NCBI GenBank assembly: GCA_041611735.1
Contig: JBFIML010000001.1
Span: 64,001-128,000 of the forward strand
Direction of reading: 5' to 3'
DNA length: 64,000 bases
Source: Myxococcota bacterium
GTDB taxonomy: Bacteria > Myxococcota_A > UBA9160 > PR03
Of the stretch, positions 46,010-54,692 are shown in pieces; position 1 is the first letter of the stretch, and the number at the start of each line of letters is the position of its first letter. A model generated the notes under the pieces. That model was not told the DNA's origin and ran no database searches. It saw only the letters and a list, made by a program, of their open reading frames with translations. The position numbers and the translations under genes are program-made.

Positions 46010-46513
46010 TCATCGAGCACGTGAGAGACCCGAGTCACGCCAGCGCTGGATCAGGGTGGCGAAGATCAGGCCGTGGACCACGAGCATGCCCGGAACCACG
46101 AACGCCGGACCGTACCACGCAGCGCCCAGGTGATCCGCCACGCCCAGGCGAACGGCCAGGGAGAGGTTGAACAGCATGTCCGCGAGCCCCAGGAGGTTGA
46201 AGACCCAGACGGTCGGGATCGCCCAGCGCCAGCCGACCCGCAGTGAGACCAGCGCAACCCACGCCAGCGCCACGGTCAACGTGTCCCCGATGGCGGTGTG
46301 GCGGGCGAAGCGATCCGGGAGCGTCGGATCGACGACCTCGGGCACGAGCAGCGTCACGCCCACGTGCCGGAACAGCTGCGGCAGCAGCAGGATCGAGAGC
46401 GCCACCGGGTCGGGCTTGCCCCGCAGCCAGGGCCAGATGAACAGGACGCCGATGGCCGCGTAGGCGGCCAGGCTGAGCACGAACTGGAGAACCAGGAGCT
46501 CGGCCGTTTGCAT
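46010..46513 (-). CDS. Uncharacterised multi-pass membrane protein (related to 41616..42194)
   Basis: QLFRHVG, LPDRFA..IGD, FNLLGLAD, PAFVVP..VH. Confidence 0.75.
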   Translation of the reverse strand: MQTAELLVLQFVLSLAAYAAIGVLFIWPWLRGKPDPVALSILLLPQLFRHVGVTLLVPEVVDPTLPDRFARHTAIGDTLTVALAWVALVSLRVGWRWAIPTVWVFNLLGLADMLFNLSLAVRLGVADHLGAAWYGPAFVVPGMLVVHGLIFATLIQRWRDSGLSRAR

Positions 46514-46612
46514 GACCGCGCCTTCACCCCCGATTGCGATCCATGTTACCGCGGGGTCCGGTGGGATGGGGGTGCAGGGAAGCCACGCCGGGCGCGGCGC
46601 CCACGCCGACCC

Positions 46613-46641
46613 TTGACCCGACCAATCGGTCGGGCCAGACT
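46613..46641 (+). promoter_or_regulatory. sigma70-like promoter with a palindromic operator in the spacer
   Basis: TTGACC-N17-CAGACT; CCCGACC-AATC-GGTCGGG at 46617-46634. Confidence 0.65.
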
Positions 46642-46692
46642 CCGGCTTTGCCGCCGCGCGGGCAGGCCGCGCCCCGCCCCTCGGAGAGCCCC

Positions 46693-47820
46693 ATGAACTT
46701 CGGCTTCACGGAAGAGCAGGAGCTCCTCCGCGCGGAGGTGCGCAAGTTCCTGGACGAGCACGCGCCCCTCGAGCAGGTGCGCAAATGGATGGAGACGCCC
46801 GAGGGCTTCTCCCGCGAGCTCTGGAAGCAGATCGCCGAGCTCGGCTGGCCTGGACTCCTGGTGCCCGAGCCGCACGGCGGCGCGGGCCTCGGCTTCGTGG
46901 ACCTGACCGTGGTCCTGGAAGAGACCGGGCGCACGCTGCTTCCCTCGCCGCTGCTCGCCACGACGCTCGCCGCGGCCACGATCCGCGACGCGGGAAGCTC
47001 GGCGCAGCAGGCGCGCTGGCTGCCGTCCCTGGCGGACGGCTCGGCAATCGGGACCGTGGCCGTGCTCGAAGCCCAGGGCCACCTCGACCCGGCCGGGATC
47101 TTGCTCCGGGGCACGCGCCAGGGCGACGCCTGGCTGCTCGCGGGCGAGAAGCACTTCGTGCTGGATGCCGGGGCCGCCGACCTCTTCGTGGTGGCCTTCC
47201 GGAGCGGCAACGCCCCGGAGGCGCTCGGCCTCGCCGTGATCGAGTGCCAGACCCAGGGTGTGCGGGTCCGCACCACCTCCAACCTGGACGCCACCAGACG
47301 GCTCGGCACCCTTCGCCTCGACGCGGTGCGCGTGCCCACCGACCGGGTGCTGGGCGAGCCCGGCGCCGCCGCGCCCGCCCTGGCCCGCCTGCTCGACCGG
47401 GGAGCCGCCGCCGTCACCGCCGAGATGATCGGGGCTGCCGAGGGCGCCCTGGCCCTGACGGTGACCTACGCGAAGCAGCGCGAGCAGTTCGGTTCGCCAA
47501 TCGGGCGCTTCCAGGGCGTCAAGCACCCCCTCGCCGAGATGTACGTGGACGTCGAGTCGTTCAAGTCGCTGCTCTACTACGCCGCCTGGGCCCTGGACGA
47601 GAGCCCCGAGGAGGTGCCCCGCGCCGTGTCCCTGGCCAAGGCCTATGCCAGCGAGGCCTTCGCGCGCATCGGTCTGGACACCGTCCAGCTCCACGGCGGC
47701 ATCGGCTACACCTGGGAGTACGACGCGCAGCTCTATCTCAAGCGGTCCAAGTGGGCACGGCCCGCCTTCGGCGATGCGGCCTACCACTACGACCGCGTGG
47801 CGCGACTCGGAGGCCTCTGA
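46693..47820 (+). CDS. Acyl-CoA dehydrogenase, short partner subunit of a heteromeric pair
   Basis: MNFGFTEEQ; REQFGSPIGRFQGVKH, QLHGGIGYTWE. Confidence 0.9.
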   Translation: MNFGFTEEQELLRAEVRKFLDEHAPLEQVRKWMETPEGFSRELWKQIAELGWPGLLVPEPHGGAGLGFVDLTVVLEETGRTLLPSPLLATTLAAATIRDAGSSAQQARWLPSLADGSAIGTVAVLEAQGHLDPAGILLRGTRQGDAWLLAGEKHFVLDAGAADLFVVAFRSGNAPEALGLAVIECQTQGVRVRTTSNLDATRRLGTLRLDAVRVPTDRVLGEPGAAAPALARLLDRGAAAVTAEMIGAAEGALALTVTYAKQREQFGSPIGRFQGVKHPLAEMYVDVESFKSLLYYAAWALDESPEEVPRAVSLAKAYASEAFARIGLDTVQLHGGIGYTWEYDAQLYLKRSKWARPAFGDAAYHYDRVARLGGL

Positions 47821-48977
47821 TGGACTTTCATCTCACTCCCGAGGAGGAGGCTTTCCGCGCCGAGGTGCGCGCCTTCCTCGAAGAGGTCCTGCCCGAGGAC
47901 GCGGACCGCAACGACCCGAAGCTCCTGGCCCGCTGGTGGCGCCGGGTCCGCGAGAGGCGTTGGGTGGGATTCTCCTGGCCGGAGGAGGTGGGCGGCGGCG
48001 GCGGCTCGCTGATGCAGCAGGTGATCCTCAAGGAGGAGATGGCGAAGCGCAACGCGCCGCCCCTGGGGAGCTGCTTCATGGGGCTCGCCTGGGTCGGTCC
48101 CGCCATCATCCAATACGGGACCGAGGAGCAGAAGCGCCGCTTCATCCCCGACATCCTGGACGGCAGCTACCAGTGGTGCACCGGCTACTCCGAGCCGGGC
48201 GCGGGGAGCGACCTGGCGGCTCTCCAGTGCCGCGCCCTGCGCGACGGCGACGAGTACGTGGTGAACGGCCAGAAGATCTGGACGTCCATCGCCATGTGGT
48301 CCAAGTGGATGATCCTGCTGGTGCGGACGGATCCCAACCCGAAGGACAAGCACGACGGGATCACGTGCCTGCTGGTCGAGATGGACACGCCGGGCATCAG
48401 CGTGCGCCCGATCCGGAACATGTCGGGGGGAACCATGTTCGCCGAGGTCTTCTTCGACGACGTCCGGGTGCCGGTCGCGAACCGGCTCGGGGCGCAGGGC
48501 GAGGGCTGGAAGGTCACCCTCACCGCTCTGGCCCACGAGCGCTCGGGGATCGCCGAGGTGGAGGGTCTCAAGCGCAAGCTCGAGGAGCTCAAGGACCTGG
48601 CCCGCCGCGTCGGGCCCAACGGCCGCCCGGCCCGGGACGACGACGTGCTGCGCCGGCGCCTGGCCCGCCTCGAAGCCCGCATCGAGGCCATGCGCATGAA
48701 CGGCATGCGCTTCCTGACCCGGCAGCTCAAGGGCGAGCCGCTCGGGAGCGAGACCTCCATCAACAAGCTGCACCGGGCCAACCTGGAGATCGAGCTCGGG
48801 GACCTGGCCCTCGAGCTGCAGGGCGCCGCCGGTCCGCTGACGGGCGATGCCGCACCGGACGGCGGGCGCTGGCAGCGCTTCGCACTGTCCTGGGCCGAGG
48901 TGGTGATCGGGGGCGGCACTCCGAACATCCAGAAGAACATCATCGCCGAGCGCATCCTCGGCCTGCCGAAGGATTGA
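47820..48977 (+). CDS. Acyl-CoA dehydrogenase, catalytic-type subunit
   Basis: WCTGYSEPGAGSDLA, NGQKIWTS, LAHER, IGGGTPNIQKNIIAERILGLPK; TGATG overlap. Confidence 0.92.
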   Translation: MDFHLTPEEEAFRAEVRAFLEEVLPEDADRNDPKLLARWWRRVRERRWVGFSWPEEVGGGGGSLMQQVILKEEMAKRNAPPLGSCFMGLAWVGPAIIQYGTEEQKRRFIPDILDGSYQWCTGYSEPGAGSDLAALQCRALRDGDEYVVNGQKIWTSIAMWSKWMILLVRTDPNPKDKHDGITCLLVEMDTPGISVRPIRNMSGGTMFAEVFFDDVRVPVANRLGAQGEGWKVTLTALAHERSGIAEVEGLKRKLEELKDLARRVGPNGRPARDDDVLRRRLARLEARIEAMRMNGMRFLTRQLKGEPLGSETSINKLHRANLEIELGDLALELQGAAGPLTGDAAPDGGRWQRFALSWAEVVIGGGTPNIQKNIIAERILGLPKD

Positions 48978-48980
48978 GGC

Positions 48981-49262
48981 GTGGACCGGCGTGCGTACAT
49001 CGAGGAGCGCCTGCGCCAGCGGCTCGAGGCCTCGCACGTGGAGGTCGTGGACGAGAGTCATCTGCATACGGGCCATGCGGGAGCGGCAACGGGCGGCGGG
49101 CACTTTCGGGCCGTGGTCGTGTCGGAGCGCTTCGTGGGGCTCGGCCCCGTGGAAGCGCAGCGGCTGGTCTACCAGGCGCTGGACGACCTGATGGGGAGCG
49201 AGATCCACGCCGTCTCGGTGCGCACCCTCACCCCGGAGCGCTGGGCGAAGGCGCGGAGGTAG
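48981..49262 (+). CDS. bolA: BolA family protein
   Basis: DESHLH.GH, GGHF..VVS..F, QRLVY..L, IHA. Confidence 0.9.
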   Translation: MDRRAYIEERLRQRLEASHVEVVDESHLHTGHAGAATGGGHFRAVVVSERFVGLGPVEAQRLVYQALDDLMGSEIHAVSVRTLTPERWAKARR

Positions 49263-49281
49263 GCATCGGCAGGGTGCGACG

Positions 49282-50133
49282 CTACACGAAGCGCGCCAGC
49301 CATTCCTCGAGGGTCACCGAGAAGCCGGCGGCGTTGCGATGGCCCCCGCCCCCGTACCTGGCCGCGATGGCCGCTACGTCGAGATCGCCGATCGAGTAGA
49401 TGGAGACGTCCATGCGGCGCCCGGTGAGCCGGTACACCAGGCCGCAGGGCAGTTCGAACGCGGCCCGGCGGGCCAGCTCGTGCCCGATCCAGCTCCGGTG
49501 CAGCACGGCGTTCACACCCTCCACACGCCGGTCCCCGAGGGCCACCGGGTGTGCCGTGGCCAGGGCGCGCTCCACCTCCAGGCGCTGGGCACGCAGCAGG
49601 GCGACGCCCTCCTCGGCCAGCCGCTCGACGCCGCCCGTGGCGATCTCGTCCCAGACGTCGAAGCGGCGCGGCTGGGAGGCCAGGGCCGCATTCACCTCCT
49701 CCGAGGCCGGCATCTTCCAGCGCCAGAGGTCCATGTCCTGCACGTACTCCAGGAGCTCCGGAACGGGCTCGTCGCGATGGAAGTACCGCCAGGCCAGGAC
49801 CGCGCCGGACCGGTCCAGGTCGAAGTGGATCCGGTGGCCGTGCTCGCGCATCAGGTTCTCGAGGCTCGGCTCCGCGGCGTAGCGCTCGAGGGCCGAGACG
49901 TGATGGTCCAGGACCACCAGGTGCGCTACCCGGTCCGCCAGCTCCCGCAACGCTTCGTTGGACGGGGCGATGTCCACGAAGACGAGTTCGTTGCCTACGT
50001 GCGCGTCGGCCTGCAGCTCGTCACCGTGCCCGCGCGGACGATAGTCAACGGCGTCGCCCCAGGCCTTCCAGACCGCCCAGGCGGCGCCAAAGCCATCCGG
50101 GCAGCCGGCGTGGTAGAAACAGATGCGGCGCAC
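49282..50133 (-). CDS. DHH/DHHA1 family phosphoesterase
   Basis: FYHAGCPDGFGAAW, FVD, LDHH, SGA, QDMDLWRW, GGGGHRNAAGF. Start GTG 50133 or ATG 50151. Confidence 0.88.
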   Translation of the reverse strand: MRRICFYHAGCPDGFGAAWAVWKAWGDAVDYRPRGHGDELQADAHVGNELVFVDIAPSNEALRELADRVAHLVVLDHHVSALERYAAEPSLENLMREHGHRIHFDLDRSGAVLAWRYFHRDEPVPELLEYVQDMDLWRWKMPASEEVNAALASQPRRFDVWDEIATGGVERLAEEGVALLRAQRLEVERALATAHPVALGDRRVEGVNAVLHRSWIGHELARRAAFELPCGLVYRLTGRRMDVSIYSIGDLDVAAIAARYGGGGHRNAAGFSVTLEEWLARFV

Positions 50134-50214
50134 GTGCCCAGGGTAGCCCATCCCGCCGCGGCGTTCCGGGCGCGCCACCGGCAGGAAGAACGAGCGGCAG
50201 GAAGGCGGAGCAGC

Positions 50215-50685
50215 TTGGCGATCGAGCGCGAGATCCGCTTCCGCGTGACACGCGGCGATGCGCCGCCCGGCGGGCGAGCGGTCGTGCAGGGCTACCTCTG
50301 GCGGCGGCTCGCCACGCTGCGCATCCGACTCACCGAGGGTCGCGAGGCCCGTCTGACCGTGAAGACGCGCCGCGGCGACGGACGCAACGAATGGGAGTGG
50401 TCGGTTCCGGCATGGCTCGGGCGCGCCCTCCTCGCGCTCCCGCTTCCGCGCGTGGAGAAGACCCGTCTGCAGGCGGGGCGCCTCGAGATCGACCGGCTCT
50501 CGTGGCCGGAGCCGATCGTGCTGTGCGAGCTCGAGCTCGGGCCGGGGGAGGGGCCCGACCTGCGCGATGCGGCGGCGCGGGCCCGCTGGATGGAGGACCA
50601 TCGGCCCGACTGGGTCGAGGTCTGGGAGGACGTGACCGACGACCCGGCCTACACGAACGCGCGACTGGCGCGGCGCAAGCCATGA
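50215..50685 (+). CDS. CYTH (triphosphate tunnel) domain protein
   Basis: IEREIRF, QGYL, LRIR, LTVK, RNEWE, EKTR, ELE, DVTDDPAYTN; TTG start after GGAG. Confidence 0.82.
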   Translation: MAIEREIRFRVTRGDAPPGGRAVVQGYLWRRLATLRIRLTEGREARLTVKTRRGDGRNEWEWSVPAWLGRALLALPLPRVEKTRLQAGRLEIDRLSWPEPIVLCELELGPGEGPDLRDAAARARWMEDHRPDWVEVWEDVTDDPAYTNARLARRKP

Positions 50686-51566
50686 AGGCGCCCGCCTGGC
50701 TCGACCGGTCGGAGTACCCCTTCGCGCCGCACTTCCTCGAGCTTCGGGCGGGGCGCCTGCACTACGTCGACGAAGGCGCGGGTGAGCCGCTGGTCTTCGT
50801 GCACGGGGTGCCCACCTGGTCCTTCACCTGGCGCAGGCTCGTGCGCGAGCTGGCCCCCCGCTTCCGCTGCGTGGCGCTGGACCACCTGGGCTTCGGGCTC
50901 TCCAGCCGCCCCGACCCGCCCTGCACCCCCGAGCACCACGCGGCCCACGTAGCCCAGCTGATCGAGCACCTGGGCCTGCGCCGGGTGACGCTCGTCGTCC
51001 ACGACTGGGGTGGCCCCCTGGGTCTCGCCTACGCGCTGGAGCGCCCCGAGAACGTCCGGCGTCTGGTCGTCTTCAACACCTGGCTGTGGGCGTCTCGGGG
51101 CCTGCGCGCAGGGCTCACGGCCCGGCTCCTGGCGAGCCCCCTGTATCGGGTCCTGGAGACCCGCTGGAACGTGACTGCCCGCTTCTTCGTGGTGTTGGCG
51201 GCCGGCAACCGCGCCAGTCTCCCGCCGTCCGTGCGCCGTCACTACGTGGAGCCCCTGCGCCGGCCCGCCGACCGGACCGCCGTCTGGACGCTCGTGCGCG
51301 CCATCCACCGTGCCGGCCCCTGGCTGGACGGCCTCTGGGCACGCCGCGACCGGCTGGCCGCCCTGCCGGCGCTCGTGCTGTGGGGCCTACGAGATCCGGC
51401 CTTCACGCGGGCGGACCTCGAACGCTGGCAGGCGGCCCTGCCCCGCGCCGCGGTGCACGCCCTCGACCGAGCGGGCCACTTCCCCCACGAGGAGCTCCAC
51501 GCAGAGGTGGTCGCCCTGCTCGAACGCTTCCTCGCCGACGGGAACCCGGACGCGCCTTGGTTATGA
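50682..51566 (+). CDS. Haloalkane dehalogenase-like alpha/beta hydrolase
   Basis: HYVDEG, HGVPTWS, DHLGFGLS, Asp nucleophile VHDWGG, WG..D, GHF. Confidence 0.88.
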   Translation: MKAPAWLDRSEYPFAPHFLELRAGRLHYVDEGAGEPLVFVHGVPTWSFTWRRLVRELAPRFRCVALDHLGFGLSSRPDPPCTPEHHAAHVAQLIEHLGLRRVTLVVHDWGGPLGLAYALERPENVRRLVVFNTWLWASRGLRAGLTARLLASPLYRVLETRWNVTARFFVVLAAGNRASLPPSVRRHYVEPLRRPADRTAVWTLVRAIHRAGPWLDGLWARRDRLAALPALVLWGLRDPAFTRADLERWQAALPRAAVHALDRAGHFPHEELHAEVVALLERFLADGNPDAPWL

Positions 51567-52819
51567 TCCTGCCGTCGCTGCGGGCGGGCCGGGCCAGGGG
51601 GGAATCCGTGAGGCAGGGATCCGCGGGGCAGGCTGGGAGCCGGCTTCGAGCCGTGGTCGTCGCCGCCGCCGGCGGGCTCGCGCTCGGGGCGGGCATCGCG
51701 ACTGCCGCCGACCCGCCGGCGGCCCATCCCGAGACCCGCGCCACCATGGACCAGATCTTCGAGGCCCTCACCACCGCCTTCCGGGACAGCCTCGACGAGC
51801 AGCGCTTCCAGGATCCGGCGCACCGGAAGCGCGTCGGCGCGGCGCTGCGCGCGCTCGCCGACAACGCCAAGCGTCTCCAGAGCCACGGCCGCGAGCTCAA
51901 CCCGAGCTACGACTTCCTGCGCCGCTCCCTGGCGGAGGACGCGCGCGAGATCGTGCTGCGCTACGAGCAGGGCTCCTACGAGGGCGCCCGCTTCCTGCTG
52001 CACCAGCTCACCGAGGACTGCTTCGCCTGCCATTCGCGGGTTCCGAGCCCCCGGGGCTTCGACCTGGGGCGGCAGTTCCTGGAGACCACGGACCTCGCCA
52101 ATCTGACGCCCGAGGAGCGCGTCAAGCTCGAAGTGGCCACCCGCCAGTTCCCGGCCGCACTGGCTACCTACGAGCGGATCTTCCAGGACCGCTCGAGTCC
52201 CGCCGCGGAGACCTCGCTCTCCGGCGCCTTCGAGGACTACCTGAAGCTGGTCCTGCGCGTTGGCGACGACCCGGCCCGCGCGGCGAAGACGCTCGCCAGG
52301 TTCCGAGAACGGTCGGACGTGCCCCGCTATCTGGACCGCTACCTGGAGGGATGGATCCGCTCGCTGCACGGCCTCCGGCCGGACGTCGCGCCGAAGCAGG
52401 AGCTCGCCCGGGCTCGCGAGCTGATCCGCGCCGGACAGCTCGCCAACTTCTTTCCGGGGGACCGCCAGGGGCTGGTGCACTTCGTGGCGGCGTCGAGCCT
52501 GCTGCACCGGCGTCTCGAACGCGCGAAGCCGGGCGAGGCGGACCTCTCCGAGATCTACTACCTGCTCGGGGTCACCGAGTCCTACATCTCGCGCTCGGCC
52601 TGGGTCTCGGAGACCGAGTTCTTCCTGGAGAGCGCCGTGCGGTCGAACCCGCGCTCGCCCTTTGCCGAGCGCGCCTACGCCTTCCTGGAGGAGTACCTCG
52701 TGGCCGGCTATACGGGCTCCTCGGGCCTGCACCTGCCGCCCGAGACCAAGGCCCTCCTGAAGGAGCTGCACGGGTTGCTGGGCGGGGCGACCCCCGCCAG
52801 GGGCCCGGCGGAACGCTAG
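51563..52819 (+). CDS. Exported monoheme c-type cytochrome with long helical/TPR-like C-terminus
   Basis: Signal-like segment ending ATA; single CFACH at 52019-52033; IYYLLG TPR-like helices. Start may be GTG 51608. Confidence 0.72.
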   Translation: MILPSLRAGRARGESVRQGSAGQAGSRLRAVVVAAAGGLALGAGIATAADPPAAHPETRATMDQIFEALTTAFRDSLDEQRFQDPAHRKRVGAALRALADNAKRLQSHGRELNPSYDFLRRSLAEDAREIVLRYEQGSYEGARFLLHQLTEDCFACHSRVPSPRGFDLGRQFLETTDLANLTPEERVKLEVATRQFPAALATYERIFQDRSSPAAETSLSGAFEDYLKLVLRVGDDPARAAKTLARFRERSDVPRYLDRYLEGWIRSLHGLRPDVAPKQELARARELIRAGQLANFFPGDRQGLVHFVAASSLLHRRLERAKPGEADLSEIYYLLGVTESYISRSAWVSETEFFLESAVRSNPRSPFAERAYAFLEEYLVAGYTGSSGLHLPPETKALLKELHGLLGGATPARGPAER

Positions 52820-52858
52820 CCCCTCAATCCTCCCTTCCGTTCCGCCGATTCGGTTCGC

Positions 52859-53089
52859 ATGGGCAAGGTATTCGGCATCCTGGTGATCGTGCTGGCCATC
52901 TGGGCGGGCCTCGAGGTCTACACCGAGGGCACGCGCCACGCCTTCGGGGGCGCCTTCGCCTTCCTGGCCGCGGAGCCCGAGGCGTCCGCGCAGGAGGAGC
53001 CCGGCTCGGGCGCGCGCCGCGTCGGTGACGCCGTGCAGCGCTCGCACGGGGAGCACGCGGAACGCTTCGAGCGCGCCCTCGGGGACTGA
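52859..53089 (+). CDS. Small membrane-anchored hypothetical protein
   Basis: 76 aa, N-terminal TM, EG..HAFGG motif. Confidence 0.6.
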   Translation: MGKVFGILVIVLAIWAGLEVYTEGTRHAFGGAFAFLAAEPEASAQEEPGSGARRVGDAVQRSHGEHAERFERALGD

Positions 53090-53168
53090 GCACCCGGCCG
53101 GTCCGGCTCCATCGACCCCTCGCCCCCGCGCGGTATGCTGCCCGCGGCGGGAGAGGCCAGGAGGGTCG

Positions 53169-53621
53169 ATGGAGATCAACGGCATCGCCCACGTCATGCT
53201 CACCGTGAGCGACTTCGCGGCATGCCGCGTCTTCTACGGCCGGCTGTTGCCCGAGCTGGGCCTGAAGCCCGTCCTCGACGTGGAGGGCTGGTACTACTGC
53301 GTGGGCGGGCGCACGGCCCTGGGCATCCGGAGCTGCGCGCCGGAGCACGCGGGCGAGCGCTTCGACCAGACCCGCGCCGGTCTCCATCACATCTGCTTGC
53401 GGGCTCGCAGCCGCGAGGACGTGGACGCCCTCCACGGCCTGCTCCGGGAGATGGGTGCCCGGATCGTCCATCCCCCGGAGGAGGGGGCCTGGGCTCCGGG
53501 CTACTACTCCATCCTCTTCGAGGATCCCGACGGGACGCGCCTCGAGATGAACTTCGTGCCCGGCAAGGGCCTGCTCGAGAAGGGCGCCGACGGCAGTACG
53601 CCTCGAATCAGGACGGGCTGA
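53169..53621 (+). CDS. VOC/glyoxalase family protein
   Basis: GIAHVMLTVSD, GLHHICL, YYSILFEDPDGTRLE; SD AGGAGG. Confidence 0.9.
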   Translation: MEINGIAHVMLTVSDFAACRVFYGRLLPELGLKPVLDVEGWYYCVGGRTALGIRSCAPEHAGERFDQTRAGLHHICLRARSREDVDALHGLLREMGARIVHPPEEGAWAPGYYSILFEDPDGTRLEMNFVPGKGLLEKGADGSTPRIRTG

Positions 53622-53651
53622 ATCGCGTCCAACTCGGTCAAGGAGGGTTCC

Positions 53652-54080
53652 ATGCGACGATCCAGGCTCGGCTCCGTGCTCGGTCTTGCAGGCGCGCTGC
53701 TGGCGCTCTCGCTGCTGGCAGGCTGTGCCACCAAGCGGCCGGTCCTCTATCCGAACGAGCACCTGCGCTCGGTGGACGAGGAGCGGGCTCGTTGGGACGT
53801 GGACGAGTGCGTCCGTCTCGCCAAGCAGTATGGCGAGTCCGAGAGCATCGCCGGCAATGCTGCCGAGAGCGCGGCGGTGGGCGGCGCCGCGGGGGCCGCG
53901 ACCGGAGCCGTCGTGGAGGGGGTGAGCGTCGGCCGCGGGGCAGCGGCCGGGGCCGCCGGCGCCGGAGCGGCGAGTGTGATGCGCGGAGTCTTCCGCAAGC
54001 GCGATCCCGATCCCATCCAGCGCCGCTACGCAGAGCGTTGCCTGCGCGAGCGAGGGTACGAGACCATCGGCTGGCGCTAG
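53652..54080 (+). CDS. Glycine-zipper lipoprotein
   Basis: Lipobox LAGC; GGAAGAATGA glycine zipper; CLRERGY. Confidence 0.85.
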   Translation: MRRSRLGSVLGLAGALLALSLLAGCATKRPVLYPNEHLRSVDEERARWDVDECVRLAKQYGESESIAGNAAESAAVGGAAGAATGAVVEGVSVGRGAAAGAAGAGAASVMRGVFRKRDPDPIQRRYAERCLRERGYETIGWR

Positions 54081-54083
54081 GCC

Positions 54084-54692
54084 GTGGCGGATCCCCTCGA
54101 GCTCTGGTTCGAGTTCGCGAGCACCTACTCCTACCCGGCGGTGATGCGCGCCGCGCAGGCGGCCGAGGGGGCCGGCGTCACCCTGGTCTGGCGGCCCTTC
54201 CTGCTCGGTCCGATCTTCCGCGCCCAGGGCTGGAACGACTCGCCTTTCAACCTCCAGCCGGCCAAGGGCCGCTACATGTGGCGCGACCTGGAGCGTCTGT
54301 GTGCCCGCTATGGGCTGCCCTTCCGGCGGCCGTCCGGGTTCCCCCGCAACGGCCTGCTGGCCGCGCGTGTGGCCGTGCTTCCCGAGGTGGAGTCCTGGCG
54401 GCCGGACTTCGTGCGCGCCGTCTTCCACGCCGAGTTCGCCGAGGACCGCGACATCGGAGAGGAGGAGGCGATCGCGGCCGTGCTGGCGGCGCTCGGTCGC
54501 GACGCGCGTCGGCTCCTGGCGGCGGCCGGGTGCCCGCCGAACAAGCAGCGCCTGCGCCGGCAGACCGAGGCGGCCGTGGCCCTCGGGATCTTCGGCGCGC
54601 CGACCTTCGTCTCGGGTCAGGAGCTCTTCTGGGGCAACGATCGCCTGGAGGAGGCCGTCGCCTGGCACCAGGGCCACCGAGAAGTCGATTAG
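54084..54692 (+). CDS. 2-hydroxychromene-2-carboxylate isomerase / kappa-GST (second copy)
   Basis: FEFASTYSY, WRPFLLG, GIFGAPTF, ELFWGNDRLE. Confidence 0.9.
   Translation: MADPLELWFEFASTYSYPAVMRAAQAAEGAGVTLVWRPFLLGPIFRAQGWNDSPFNLQPAKGRYMWRDLERLCARYGLPFRRPSGFPRNGLLAARVAVLPEVESWRPDFVRAVFHAEFAEDRDIGEEEAIAAVLAALGRDARRLLAAAGCPPNKQRLRRQTEAAVALGIFGAPTFVSGQELFWGNDRLEEAVAWHQGHREVD

Noticed and set aside
38314-46513. Run of small accessory genes as an integron cassette array or genomic island
   Set aside because: Genes lie on both strands, and I saw no repeated attC-like sites, integrase, tRNA or flanking repeats.
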